Source: an uncultured Verrucomicrobiota bacterium | GTDB lineage: Bacteria > Verrucomicrobiota > Verrucomicrobiia > Limisphaerales > UBA9464 | Direction of reading: 5' to 3' | Length of the DNA: 64,000 nucleotides | Assembly (NCBI GenBank): GCA_964602595.1 | Contig: CAZRRO010000012.1 | Coordinates: 4,314 to 68,313, forward strand | Shown: positions 1 to 9,115 of the stretch, in pieces | How positions within the stretch are numbered: the first letter of the stretch is position 1 | How the letters are laid out: every line of letters begins with the position of its first letter | Notes under the pieces: generated by a model | Databases searched by the model: none | The model's input: the letters and a program-made list of their open reading frames with translations, nothing else | What the model was told of the DNA's origin: nothing | Made by a program: the position numbers and the translations under genes

Positions 1-340
1 GTTGCGACAGACGAGGTGGTGGTGGTGACCGTCATCCCCCTCGGCAAGCAGTTCAAATCGGGCCACGCCGTCGCCGAAGTCGAACCGGCGGACGAGGCGC
101 ATTTCCTCCAGGGTGTGCAGGTTGCGATAAACCGTGGCCAAGTCGCAGCCCTCCCGGCCCAGGGAAGCGTGGATTTCCTTGTTGCTGAGCGGATGCTGAT
201 GCCGGCGCAGGACATCCAGGATGGCTTGGCGTGGGGCGGTGATTTTCCGGGAACCTTGACGGAGGCGTTCGGTCAACTCGGTCAGGGGTTGCTGAATGAG
301 CCGGTGGGGATGCTGATGCTGTCCGCAGGGTTGGTTCATG
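1..340 (-). CDS. zur: Fur-family metalloregulator, most likely Zur (3' end truncated by window start)
   Basis: Own translation of minus strand from ATG at 340-338: MNQPCGQHQHPHRLIQQPLTELTERLRQGSRKITAPRQAILDVLRRHQHPLSNKEIHASLGREGCDLATVYRNLHTLEEMRLVRRFDFGDGVARFELLAEGDDGHHHHLVCRN... This is the Fur-family winged helix followed by the HHHHxxC metal site. It overlaps the znuB stop by ATGA-type coupling. The + strand ORF 16..453 is its antisense artefact. Confidence 0.75.
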
Positions 341-1160
341 CGGTCCGGGTGCGAAATTGGCGAAATTGGCGAATCTGGGCGACGGGCAAGGAGACGACAA
401 ACAAGGTCGCGCAGGCCAAAACGATGCTCGGGCCGCACGGCAGGTCGAATTGATAACTCGCCGCGACTCCGCCGAAGCCGCCGAGGAGTCCCAAGAGCAG
501 GCTGAGAAGGAGGTGCTGACGGAACGTGGCCGCGAGGTTTCGCGCGGTCGCCGGCGGAATCACCAGCAGGGAAGTCACTAGGATAATTCCCAGCAGCCGG
601 ATGCTGAGCGCGACCACCGCGGTGAGCAGGATCACGAAAACGTAGTTCAGGCCCCGGACGGAATGACCGCAGACGTGGGCAAGATCTTCCTGGACGGTTA
701 ACAGGGTCAGCGCATTGAGCAGGCGAAACACGACGGCGCCAACCACCACCGCAGCCACTGCGGCCAGCCAGACATCGGCAGTCCCAACGCTTAGAATGTC
801 GCCGAAGAGGTAGCGGTGAAGCTCACCTCGAAACCCTTTCAGGAGGCTGAAGCCGACGACCCCCAATGCCATGAAGGTGGACATGAGGAGGGCCATGATC
901 GTGTCGGTAAGCAACTGGGTCCTTTCCTTCAGCCAAAGGATCAGGCCGGCGACGAGTAGGCTGACGGCCAGCATCGCCCAAGTTGGGTCAGGCATGCCCA
1001 GCCAGAGTCCGGCCGCCACGCCCGCCAGCGCGGAGTGGGCTACGGTGTCGCTGAAGAACGACATGCGGCGGGCGGTGACGAAGACTCCGAGCAGGGCGCA
1101 GAGCGGTGCCAGCAGAAGCGCCACCAGCAGCGCCCGCTGCATGTAGGGTTCATTGAACAT
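336..1160 (-). CDS. znuB: ABC-3 family metal (Zn/Mn) transporter permease
   Basis: 274-aa polytopic membrane protein typical of ZnuB/MntB (ABC-3). It lies in an operon with an ATPase and a periplasmic metal-binding protein. Confidence 0.85.
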   Translation of the reverse strand: MFNEPYMQRALLVALLLAPLCALLGVFVTARRMSFFSDTVAHSALAGVAAGLWLGMPDPTWAMLAVSLLVAGLILWLKERTQLLTDTIMALLMSTFMALGVVGFSLLKGFRGELHRYLFGDILSVGTADVWLAAVAAVVVGAVVFRLLNALTLLTVQEDLAHVCGHSVRGLNYVFVILLTAVVALSIRLLGIILVTSLLVIPPATARNLAATFRQHLLLSLLLGLLGGFGGVAASYQFDLPCGPSIVLACATLFVVSLPVAQIRQFRQFRTRTA

Positions 1161-1944
1161 GGACGTGCCGGTGCCCGTGGGCGTGATCGTGGTGGTAGGG
1201 CGTGACGTGGATGCCGTAGGCCTGTTTCAGCGAGTCGGCATTCATCACCTCTTCCGGCGTGCCTTCGCAGCAGATGACCCCATTCAGGGCGTAAACCCGC
1301 GCGGCGTGGCGAAAGACCATGGACAGGTCATGGGACACGAGGACAACGGTTAGCTTGTGCCGCCGATGGACCTCGGTGATCAACTCGTAAAAGCTGTGTT
1401 CACCCGGGGTGTCGACCCCGGCGGTGGGTTCGTCGAGGAGCAGCAGCTCTGGGTTTCCCAACAGGCTGAACGCGACCAGGACGCGTTGAAGCTGCCCGCC
1501 GCTGAGCCCGGCAATGGGGCGATCCAGCAACTGGGCCACGCCGAATTCCTCCAGGATCGGCTTCAGGATGTCGTCGGTGAACTGATGCCGGTGCCAGAGC
1601 CAATTCCGGGTTTGGCTGAGCTTGAGCGAAAGGAACTCCCGAACGCTCAGGACGAAGCTGCGATCCAGCGAAAGTCTTTGCGGGACGTAACCAACCCGGC
1701 GGAGCAGGGGGGCGGAGATTCTCTGCCCAAAGAGCCGGATTTCCCCGGCAGCGGGTTGGTGAAGCCCAAGCAAGCAGCGGAGCAGGGTGGTCTTGCCGGA
1801 CCCATTGGGTCCAATCAGCGCAACAATTTGGCCACGCGGCACATGAAGGTCCACCCCGCGAAGGACTTGGGTGTCACCCAAGGACACCTTCAGCCCCCGC
1901 ACTTCGATGGCGAGGCCGCTGGCGTGGAACTGAATCGTGGACAT
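1150..1944 (-). CDS. znuC: Zinc ABC transporter ATP-binding protein with C-terminal His-rich tail
   Basis: Walker A GPNGSGKTT, signature LSGGQLQR and Walker B LLLLDEP are present. The C-terminal tail is HHDHAHGHRHVHVQ. The gene overlaps znuB by 11 nt. Confidence 0.9.
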   Translation of the reverse strand: MSTIQFHASGLAIEVRGLKVSLGDTQVLRGVDLHVPRGQIVALIGPNGSGKTTLLRCLLGLHQPAAGEIRLFGQRISAPLLRRVGYVPQRLSLDRSFVLSVREFLSLKLSQTRNWLWHRHQFTDDILKPILEEFGVAQLLDRPIAGLSGGQLQRVLVAFSLLGNPELLLLDEPTAGVDTPGEHSFYELITEVHRRHKLTVVLVSHDLSMVFRHAARVYALNGVICCEGTPEEVMNADSLKQAYGIHVTPYHHDHAHGHRHVHVQ

Positions 1945-1945
1945 G

Positions 1946-2869
1946 TCAGCGAAGCGCCTTGGTCAGCACCTGGAGGTTCCGACGCATTCCTTCCTCGTAG
2001 GCCGCTGCCGAAAGGGCGCCAGTTTCGAGCACATCGAGTTGGGCGAACGAGATCTTCAGGTCGCGGGTCAATTGCTGGGCGAGCCGGGGATTGAACTGAG
2101 GTTCTGCAAAGACCACGCCGACGCCTTGATCGCGGATCGCCTGCGAGAGGGCAGCCAGATAGCGAGGCGAAGGGGACGAACCGGGAACTTCCTCGATGAC
2201 GCCGACCAATTTCAGGCCGTAGCGCCGACAAAAATAGGGAAAGGCGTCATGGAATGTGACGACTTCGCGTTTCAGCAATTTCGCGGTGGTGGCACGGATT
2301 TCGGCATCCAGCTGGTCTAGGCGTGCGCAATAAGCGCTCCCGTTGGCAACAAACGCGGGCGCCTGCGCCGGGGCCAGCCGACCAAGGGCAACGACCAAGT
2401 TGGTGACCGCGTGCTTGGCAAACACCGGATCCAGCCAGATGTGCGGATTCGCACCTGTGCCATGGTCGTGAACGTGGGCTTTGGGGGCATTCCCAACTTT
2501 CAACTCGGGCAGGTTGAAGATCAGGTTTGATGCCGCCAAACCGTCCGAGGCCGCGACCACCAAGCGGTTGGGTTTGGGACTGCTCGCCAAGGTTCGTTCC
2601 AGCCAAGATTCAAGACCCAGCCCATTGACCAACACCAAGTCCGACCGCTGGATTTTCTCCAGGTCCTTGGGCCGCAATTGGAATTCGTGGGGACCAACGT
2701 CTGCCGGCAGCAGGTTTTCGACGACGGCCAAGTCACCAGCGACGTTGGCCGCCCAGCTGTAAAGCGGCGGAATCGAGGTCAGAATCCGAAGCTTTCCGGC
2801 CGATTGACCCAGCGTCCAATGTCGGCCGGCCACCAAAAAGATGAAACACCATAGTAGCCGGAGGAACAT
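1946..2869 (-). CDS. znuA: Periplasmic zinc-binding protein (cluster 9 SBP)
   Basis: Signal peptide; His-rich loop HVHDHGTGANPHIW is typical of ZnuA/TroA-family proteins. It is immediately upstream of znuC. Confidence 0.85.
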   Translation of the reverse strand: MFLRLLWCFIFLVAGRHWTLGQSAGKLRILTSIPPLYSWAANVAGDLAVVENLLPADVGPHEFQLRPKDLEKIQRSDLVLVNGLGLESWLERTLASSPKPNRLVVAASDGLAASNLIFNLPELKVGNAPKAHVHDHGTGANPHIWLDPVFAKHAVTNLVVALGRLAPAQAPAFVANGSAYCARLDQLDAEIRATTAKLLKREVVTFHDAFPYFCRRYGLKLVGVIEEVPGSSPSPRYLAALSQAIRDQGVGVVFAEPQFNPRLAQQLTRDLKISFAQLDVLETGALSAAAYEEGMRRNLQVLTKALR

Positions 2870-2897
2870 GAGCGGAGGCTAGGTAAGGTGATTCTCG

Positions 2898-2914
2898 TTG
2901 CAAACGAATTGCAG
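2898..2914. promoter_or_regulatory. Candidate Zur operator dyad (TGCAA-N5-TTGCA) upstream of znuA
   Basis: The imperfect inverted repeat ttgcaaacgaattgcag lies between the znuA start and the upstream terminator. Position and symmetry fit a Fur-family box; no consensus is known for this clade. Confidence 0.3.
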
Positions 2915-2924
2915 TGAATGGAAG

Positions 2925-2950
2925 CAGAAAAACCGCCGGAAACCGGCGGT
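2925..2950 (-). terminator. Rho-independent terminator of the rpsR-rpmG-dksA transcript
   Basis: Minus-strand reading gives ccgccggtttccggcgg followed by tttttct: a GC hairpin with a T-tract, 20 nt after the rpsR stop. Confidence 0.6.
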
Positions 2951-2970
2951 TGATTGGGGCAACGCGAGTC

Positions 2971-3216
2971 CTACTTCATCAGCAACATGTGCTGAGCTTG
3001 CTTGATCGCCTTGGACAGCTTGCGCTGATAGTGGGCGGGCAAACCGGTATACTTGCGGGGCAGGATACGCCCGTTTTCCGTCACATACTGCTTCAGCAGC
3101 GTGACGTTTTTGAAGTCGATCGCATCAATCGTGAAATCGATCTTCGGCTTGGGCCGGGGCGTGCGGGTCGACGTCGAGCGGCGCTTCTTTTCCTCGAGCT
3201 TGGTCTTACGGGGCAT
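2971..3216 (-). CDS. rpsR: 30S ribosomal protein S18
   Basis: 81 aa; IDFKNVTLLKQYVTENGRILPRKYTGLPAHYQRKLSKAIKQAQHMLL is the S18 signature. Confidence 0.9.
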   Translation of the reverse strand: MPRKTKLEEKKRRSTSTRTPRPKPKIDFTIDAIDFKNVTLLKQYVTENGRILPRKYTGLPAHYQRKLSKAIKQAQHMLLMK

Positions 3217-3219
3217 AGT

Positions 3220-3387
3220 TTACTTGATTTCGCGGTGCAGTGTGCGGCGACGGAGGAAAGGATTGAACTTCATTTTCTCCACCTTGTCGGTCTGCAATTT
3301 CTTATTGCGGGTTGTCTGGTAGCGGCTGGGGGGCTTGCCCTCTTTGCGCGCTTCGGAGCACTCAATCGTGACAATTTCGCGAGGCAT
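3220..3387 (-). CDS. rpmG: 50S ribosomal protein L33
   Basis: Absent from the ORF track (55 aa, below cutoff). Own translation: [55 protein letters not shown]. The L33 pattern RNKKxxxxKxExxKFxPxxRxHTLHxE is present. Confidence 0.8.
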   Translation of the reverse strand: MPREIVTIECSEARKEGKPPSRYQTTRNKKLQTDKVEKMKFNPFLRRRTLHREIK

Positions 3388-3393
3388 AAAATT

Positions 3394-4110
3394 TTAATCC
3401 TTCTCTTTGGCGGCCGGCTTTTCATCCGGTTCGTCATCAGAATCTTCAGAGTCCGAGCCACTGCCCGTGTCGACGCTGCCCAATGCCCCCAGCCGCCGTT
3501 GGCGGAGCGCGCCTTCCTTTTCCAGTTGGGCTTGGGCTTCGACGGTGAAGCGCGCCCAAGGAATCGCCTCAAGGCGGGCCTTGGGGATCGGCTTGGAGGT
3601 GATCTCGCAAACGCCGTAGGTTCCCTTTTCGATTCGCTTCAAGGCCTCCTCGATCTCGTAAATGGCATCCTGATCGGACGACAGCAGACTAAGGGCGAAG
3701 TCCCGGTCAAAATTGTCGGTCCCGGAATCACCCATGTGGAGACTGTAATTCTCCATCTCGGTCTGGGATTCCTTGGCCAAGCCGCTCATCTGTTCCCGGA
3801 GGCGGGTGTGCAGGTCGAGCAGGTTCTGGTAGAACTTCCGGAGATCCGGTTTGACCTTGTCCACCGGAGTCCAGACCGGGCCGTTGCCCTTGTTGAACTT
3901 GGCGAGTGGCCGGCCGAGGATCGACGAAACACTGGCGGCTCCGACATGGCGCGATTTTCCGGCCGTCGACAGCGGCGCTGTCGGCGCAGAAACCTTGGCC
4001 GCCGTTTTCTTGGCTGCCCCCGAAGTCTTTGAAGACGAAGCTTTGTTGGCGCTCACGATATGTCTGCTGGATTGAACGCAGTGTCTGTTTCGCTCTGGCG
4101 AACCGCCCAC
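3394..4110 (-). CDS. dksA: DksA/TraR-family C4 zinc-finger protein with long low-complexity N-terminal extension (start uncertain; an internal GTG at ~4053 is possible)
   Basis: The C-terminal half has the DksA-like coiled coil plus GTYGVCEITSKPIPKARLEAIPWARF. An acidic Ser/Asp tail follows. Confidence 0.65.
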   Translation of the reverse strand: MGGSPERNRHCVQSSRHIVSANKASSSKTSGAAKKTAAKVSAPTAPLSTAGKSRHVGAASVSSILGRPLAKFNKGNGPVWTPVDKVKPDLRKFYQNLLDLHTRLREQMSGLAKESQTEMENYSLHMGDSGTDNFDRDFALSLLSSDQDAIYEIEEALKRIEKGTYGVCEITSKPIPKARLEAIPWARFTVEAQAQLEKEGALRQRRLGALGSVDTGSGSDSEDSDDEPDEKPAAKEKD

Positions 4111-4293
4111 ACGGGAAGCTGGCCGGAACGAAGGCCGCGGAAGCTAGCAAGCGAGCTTCCGATTGCCACAAAAATCTTAGGAAAGCGCGTTTTGGGGTTT
4201 CTCCCGGTCGTTGGACCATGAGTGAAACTCGCGTTTGGCCGGCATTCCGAATTGGTGGTTGGTGATTTCCGCTGCATAACTACGGCGCACACG

Positions 4294-5772
4294 ATGGACA
4301 AACTCCTGCTCATCGATGACGAGGCGGACGTTCAATATAGCTTCCGCCGAATCTTCGATTCCCCTGACCTGGAACTTCACACCGCCTCCAGCGGAGAGGA
4401 GGGACTGCGGCTGATCTCTCAAGTTAAACCCGACTTGGTGATCTCGGACATCCGCATGGCCGGCATCAACGGTTTGGAGACGTTGCGGCGCATTCGCCAG
4501 TTGGATCCCAAACTGCCGGTCATCCTGATGACCGCCTACGGCACCACGCAAACGGCCATTGAGGCGATGAAGCTGGGGGCCTACGACTATCAGCTGAAGC
4601 CGTTTGACGTCCCCAAGCTCAAGGCGCTGGTCGCCAACGCGCTCAAGGCCGCCCGCGACATGCGGCAGGCGGTCATGCTGCAGCCGATGCTGGAGGCGGA
4701 AGACTACGACGTCGGGGTGGTTGGGCGTAGCGACGTGATGCAGAACGTCTTCAAGATGATCGGCCAAGTCGCAGCGACCGACGCGACCGTATTGGTCACC
4801 GGCGAAAGCGGCACCGGCAAGGAACTCGTCGCCCGGTCGATCTATTCCTACAGCCGTCGGTCCGATAAACCCTTCCTCGCGATCAACTGCGCGGCGATTC
4901 CCGATAATCTGCTCGAGTCCGAACTATTCGGTCACGAGAAGGGAGCGTTCACGGGAGCGACGCAGCAGCGTATTGGCAAGTTCGAGCAATGCGACGGCGG
5001 AACACTCTTCCTGGATGAGATCGGCGACATGTCTCCGGCCACCCAGACCAAGATGCTGCGCATCTTGCAGAGCGGCACCTTCGAACGGGTCGGCGGAAAC
5101 GAGACGATCCGGGTTGACGTTCGGGTAATCGCGGCGACCAACAAGAATTTGGAAGAGGAAGTCGCTCGCAAGCAGTTCCGCGAAGACCTGTTCTATCGCC
5201 TGAATGTAGTGCGGATTCACATGCCTCCCCTGCGGGAGCGGCGCAGCGATGTGCGCCTGCTGGTCGACTATTTCCTGCGCAAGCTCGCGGGGCCGGGAGG
5301 CAAGCCAAAGTCCATCGGGTCGGCCACTCTGGCCGCCTTGGAGAGCCATCACTGGCCCGGCAATGTCCGCGAACTGGAGAATGTTCTCAGGCGCGCCACG
5401 GTGGTGGCCAAGGGCCTGGCGATTCTGCCAGCCGACCTGCCCGTGGAGCTGATCGCGGGGCTGGCGCCGCTCCCCGCAACGGCCCGTGCCGAGGTTCCTG
5501 ATTTGCCGGCCTCGGGCCAGGGTGTCGCGCCCGCGCCGGTCGCTGCCGGTGGCGGAGATTTGCAATCGCTGGCCCAGGCGCTGTTCCGGCTCGCCCGGAC
5601 GGACGGTAAGCTGAAGGTCATTCCAGCGGTCGAACGAGTGCTGGTTATTGAGGCCCTGCGTGACACCCGGGGCAACCAAGTCCAGGCGGCCAAGCTGCTC
5701 GGCATCACCCGGGCGACCCTGCGCAAACGGATCGAGAAATTCGGCATCAAGCAGGAGTTGGCCGTGAACTGA
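4294..5772 (+). CDS. Sigma-54-dependent response regulator (NtrC family: REC - AAA+ sigma54 activator - Fis-type HTH)
   Basis: REC: MDKLLLIDDE...DLVISDIRM. AAA+: VLVTGESGTGKELVARSIY and the GAFTGA loop (ESELFGHEKGAFTGA). C-terminal HTH: QAAKLLGITRATLRKRIEKFGI. The annotated ORF starts upstream at 4222; MDKLL at 4294 is the likelier start. Confidence 0.85.
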   Translation: MDKLLLIDDEADVQYSFRRIFDSPDLELHTASSGEEGLRLISQVKPDLVISDIRMAGINGLETLRRIRQLDPKLPVILMTAYGTTQTAIEAMKLGAYDYQLKPFDVPKLKALVANALKAARDMRQAVMLQPMLEAEDYDVGVVGRSDVMQNVFKMIGQVAATDATVLVTGESGTGKELVARSIYSYSRRSDKPFLAINCAAIPDNLLESELFGHEKGAFTGATQQRIGKFEQCDGGTLFLDEIGDMSPATQTKMLRILQSGTFERVGGNETIRVDVRVIAATNKNLEEEVARKQFREDLFYRLNVVRIHMPPLRERRSDVRLLVDYFLRKLAGPGGKPKSIGSATLAALESHHWPGNVRELENVLRRATVVAKGLAILPADLPVELIAGLAPLPATARAEVPDLPASGQGVAPAPVAAGGGDLQSLAQALFRLARTDGKLKVIPAVERVLVIEALRDTRGNQVQAAKLLGITRATLRKRIEKFGIKQELAVN

Positions 5773-5779
5773 ATCCGAC

Positions 5780-7363
5780 ATGTCACTGCCTGTCCTCACC
5801 GTCGAGCAGATGCGAGCCTGGGAAAAGGCGACTTGGGCCGCGGGTGTGACTGAGGCCGAAGTAATCGCCAGGGTGGGCAAGGCGGTGGCCCACAAGATTC
5901 GGGAAATGGTGCCGAGCGGTGGGCGAGTGGTCCTTCTCGCCGGCAGGGGCAACAACGGGAATGACGTTCGGGCCGCGGTGCCGCATCTGGTTCCGGACGC
6001 GACAGTGATCCGGCCACCTTACGTGCTGAGCCCAAGGGCGGACTGCCCGGGACTCCCCGCCTACGAAATCACGCTGCTGGAAATCACCGACCCGGCGGAG
6101 GCGCGTCCGCGAGTGGAGCAGGTGTTGGCCGGCGGGCCGAAACTGGTTGTGGACGGCCTGTTCGGCATCGGCTTGAACCGGGCGCTTTCGGCCGAGTGGT
6201 GTCGTTTGATTGAGACCGTTAATGCCGGTTGTTTGCCCGTGCTGGCCGTGGATGTCCCGTCGGGCCTGGATGCGGATTCGGGCGGGTATTTTGGGGCGGT
6301 GATCCGGGCGGACGTCACGCTGACCGTGGGAGCGCCAAAGTGTGGCCTGGTTGCGGATTGCGCTCGCGAATTCGTGGGCCGATTGGAGGTCGCCGCCGGA
6401 GTTGGCCTGCTTCCCGAACCGGAATTGGCGATTAGCGAATCCAATAGGAGCAGTCACCAAGATGGCTGGGGGTGCCTTCCAACCTGGACGGTCGCGGGCG
6501 ACTTTGCCGGCCTGCCACCGCGGCGTCGGGTGGAATCGCACAAGGGCACCTATGGCCATCTGGTGATCCTGGCCGGCAGCCTTGGGTATCACGGCGCCGC
6601 GGTGCTGGCCGCGAAGGCGGCTGGCGCCGCCCGGCCGGGCTTGGTGACTGTGATCACGTCGCCGGGAGCGTATCCCGCCATAGCTGCGCAGCTTGCCTTC
6701 GCGATGGTGCGGTCTTGGAGTGAGCCGATGGTGCTGCCGGCGAAGACCAGCGCCGTGCTGATTGGTCCAGGATTGGCCGGCAACGACGTGCCGGACTGGC
6801 TGCGCGCCCAACTGCTGACATGGTGGCGGGAATTGCCCGTCCCTTTGGTCGTGGATGCGAGCGCCCTCGACTGGTTGGCGGTGGAGCATCGGGATTGGTG
6901 GGCTGGTTTGGTCGTGGACACGCCTGACGCAAGCGCAAGGCTGCGCGGCGATCACACTTGGGGCCACCGGGCAGGGCTGCGGGTGATTACTCCACACCCC
7001 GGCGAGGCAGCCCGGTGGTTTGGCGAAGGAGATTTGGCCGAGGTTCAGGATCGCTTCACCGCTGCCACACATCTGGGTCGGGTGGCAGGGATCGCGGTTC
7101 TCAAGGGGCACCAGACCCTCGTTCGCGGAGCCGCCGAACCTACCTTCATCAACTCCACCGGAAATCCCGGCTTGGCCCAAGGCGGCAGCGGCGATGTCTT
7201 GGCGGGTTTCCTCGCCGGGCTGCTGGCCCAGCCGGCTTTGCAGCGCGACCCGTTGCTGACCACCCGGTATGCGGTCTGGGAACACGGGGCCGCCGCCGAC
7301 CGCCTCGAAGCCGTCCGGCGCAACTGGACGGCTGAGGACCTGGCCGCCGAAATTGGCCGGTAA
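5780..7363 (+). CDS. nnr: Bifunctional NAD(P)H-hydrate epimerase / ADP-dependent (S)-NAD(P)H-hydrate dehydratase (YjeF_N + YjeF_C)
   Basis: YjeF_N motif LLAGRGNNGNDV; C-terminal carbohydrate-kinase-like motif ITPHPGEAARWFG and GNPGLAQGGSGDVLAG. Confidence 0.85.
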   Translation: MSLPVLTVEQMRAWEKATWAAGVTEAEVIARVGKAVAHKIREMVPSGGRVVLLAGRGNNGNDVRAAVPHLVPDATVIRPPYVLSPRADCPGLPAYEITLLEITDPAEARPRVEQVLAGGPKLVVDGLFGIGLNRALSAEWCRLIETVNAGCLPVLAVDVPSGLDADSGGYFGAVIRADVTLTVGAPKCGLVADCAREFVGRLEVAAGVGLLPEPELAISESNRSSHQDGWGCLPTWTVAGDFAGLPPRRRVESHKGTYGHLVILAGSLGYHGAAVLAAKAAGAARPGLVTVITSPGAYPAIAAQLAFAMVRSWSEPMVLPAKTSAVLIGPGLAGNDVPDWLRAQLLTWWRELPVPLVVDASALDWLAVEHRDWWAGLVVDTPDASARLRGDHTWGHRAGLRVITPHPGEAARWFGEGDLAEVQDRFTAATHLGRVAGIAVLKGHQTLVRGAAEPTFINSTGNPGLAQGGSGDVLAGFLAGLLAQPALQRDPLLTTRYAVWEHGAAADRLEAVRRNWTAEDLAAEIGR

Positions 7364-7405
7364 TCGGAGTGACTCCGCGCTTTTGCTGAAACAGGTTTCT
7401 GTCCC

Positions 7406-8515
7406 ATGCTCGGCCCACGCATGGGCAACACGTTTGGCCAACTGTTTCGGATCACGACCTGGGGTGAATCTCACGGCGGCGGCATCGGTGTCGTCATCGA
7501 CGGCTGCCCACCGCTGCTCGCCCTGACCGAAGCGGACATCCAGCCGGAACTCGACCGGCGCCGGCCCGGCCAATCCAAGATTGTGACTCCACGCAAGGAG
7601 GCCGACGCCGTGCAGATCCTTTCTGGCACCTTTGAGGGAAAGACGTTGGGCACTCCGATCAGCCTCCTCGTGAAGAATGAGGACCAGCGCTCGGAAGCCT
7701 ACACGGAGATGGCGACGAAGTTCCGGCCCAGCCATGCGGACTACACCTACCAGGCCAAATATGGGCACCGCGCCTGGCCCGGCGGCGGCCGCACCAGTGC
7801 CCGCGAAACCATCGGCCGGGTGGCGGCAGGCGCGATTGCCAAGAAGCTGCTGCGCGAGCGTTGGGGCGTGGAAGTGCTGGCCTGCGTGACCCAGGTGCAA
7901 GGCATCCGCGCCGAGGTGAACCCCGAGGCCTTCACGCTGGGGCAGGTTGAATCCAACATCGTCCGTTGCCCCGACGCAGCCGTGGCGGAACAGATGATTC
8001 AGCTCATCGAACAGCGGCGCACCGAGGGCGACTCCGTCGGGGGCATCGTGCTGGGCGTCGCCCGGAATGTCCCGGTGGGCTGGGGCGACCCCGTGTTTGA
8101 CCGGCTCGAAGCGGACCTCGGCAAGGCGATGCTCTCGCTCCCGGCGACCAAGGCGTTTGAAATTGGGTCCGGCTTCGAGGGCATCCAGCTGACCGGCCGT
8201 CAGCATAACGACGCCATCCGCAACGTGGACGGCCAAGTGCGGACCGTGACCAATCGCAGCGGCGGTGTGGTCGGCGGCATCTCCAACGGCGAGCTGATCT
8301 ATTTCCGCGTCGCTTTCAAGCCCGTGGCCACCGTCATGCACGAGCAGGACACCGTGGACCTAAACTACAGCAACACGACCCTGAAGGGCCGTGGCCGCCA
8401 TGATCCCTGCGTGTTGCCCCGCGCGGTGCCGATGGTCGAGGCGATGACGGCCTTGGTGCTCGTGGACCACGCCATGCGTCATGAGGCGCAGTGCGGGCGA
8501 AACACCGCGGGTTAA
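7406..8515 (+). CDS. aroC: Chorismate synthase
   Basis: [31 protein letters not shown]...GRHDPCV are canonical AroC motifs; 369 aa. Confidence 0.9.
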   Translation: MLGPRMGNTFGQLFRITTWGESHGGGIGVVIDGCPPLLALTEADIQPELDRRRPGQSKIVTPRKEADAVQILSGTFEGKTLGTPISLLVKNEDQRSEAYTEMATKFRPSHADYTYQAKYGHRAWPGGGRTSARETIGRVAAGAIAKKLLRERWGVEVLACVTQVQGIRAEVNPEAFTLGQVESNIVRCPDAAVAEQMIQLIEQRRTEGDSVGGIVLGVARNVPVGWGDPVFDRLEADLGKAMLSLPATKAFEIGSGFEGIQLTGRQHNDAIRNVDGQVRTVTNRSGGVVGGISNGELIYFRVAFKPVATVMHEQDTVDLNYSNTTLKGRGRHDPCVLPRAVPMVEAMTALVLVDHAMRHEAQCGRNTAG

Positions 8516-9054
8516 CGGGCTTTGCGCTGGGGCCGCCGGTCTGCGGCGAGTTTGGTGTCCGGACGGGCGACAATGTTGGTGCCGGGGGTCCAAGGTATCT
8601 CCTGGCCGTCCAAGTAGAGCGTGCGTTGAACCATTTCCACCAGGTGCCCGAACGCATCCAACGCGATTGTGCCGGGAAGGAAGGTTACGTCCACAAACTC
8701 CACCGGCCCAAAGGGCAGGGCATTGGTGGACGGCAGCGTGTAGATACGTTGGAGCGGGGCGTTCGTGAACCGTTCCGGGGCGCGTTCGCCGGGAAAGGTG
8801 ATGCTGACCACGTTGCTGAGGCCGATGATCTTGTGGTGCTCAATCCGCAGCACGGGCGTGCCGTCCGGCAGGCGGTCCTGGGTGACCACCCACGGTCCGC
8901 CCTTGCGACGCGCGGCCGCGCAGGCGCCGTAAAACGTCACGTAGAGAAACAACGTGGCGAAGAAAATGCCGACGAACGCCTTCGCGGCTTTGGTTCCATC
9001 TCGGTTCAAGCGAGCCGACAGTAACTGCGGCCCGCCTGGAAGCCAACGTCGCAT
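8512..9054 (-). CDS. Hypothetical membrane-anchored protein (single N-terminal TM, periplasmic globular domain)
   Basis: The minus ORF has a TM segment [19 protein letters not shown] followed by a non-repetitive domain. The competing + ORF 8491..9024 is low-complexity. The start is assigned to MRRWL. Confidence 0.45.
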   Translation of the reverse strand: MRRWLPGGPQLLSARLNRDGTKAAKAFVGIFFATLFLYVTFYGACAAARRKGGPWVVTQDRLPDGTPVLRIEHHKIIGLSNVVSITFPGERAPERFTNAPLQRIYTLPSTNALPFGPVEFVDVTFLPGTIALDAFGHLVEMVQRTLYLDGQEIPWTPGTNIVARPDTKLAADRRPQRKAR

Positions 9055-9115
9055 CCCGGAAAGCAAAAGGCCGGCCGCGATGGAGTTCGCGGCCGGCCGT
9101 TGGAGACCGCGGCGG

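Noticed and set aside
350-375. Direct repeat gcgaaattggcgaaattggcgaat
   Set aside because: It lies inside the znuB coding region (encoding QIRQFRQFR) and is a short codon-level duplication, not a regulatory or mobile element.
16-453. 145-aa + strand ORF at the window start
   Set aside because: It is antisense to the Fur/Zur-family gene, which has clear family motifs on the minus strand, and it has no motif of its own.
4924-5955. 343-aa minus ORF
   Set aside because: Antisense to the sigma54 activator; low-complexity translation.
5783-8341. 852-aa minus-strand ORF
   Set aside because: It is antisense to nnr and aroC, both of which have unambiguous family motifs. Its translation is Arg/Gly/Pro-rich low complexity, typical of high-GC antisense frames.
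8491-9024. 177-aa + ORF competing with the minus-strand hypothetical
   Set aside because: Low-complexity Arg/Gly-rich translation. The minus frame has a TM helix plus globular domain and ATGA coupling geometry with aroC.
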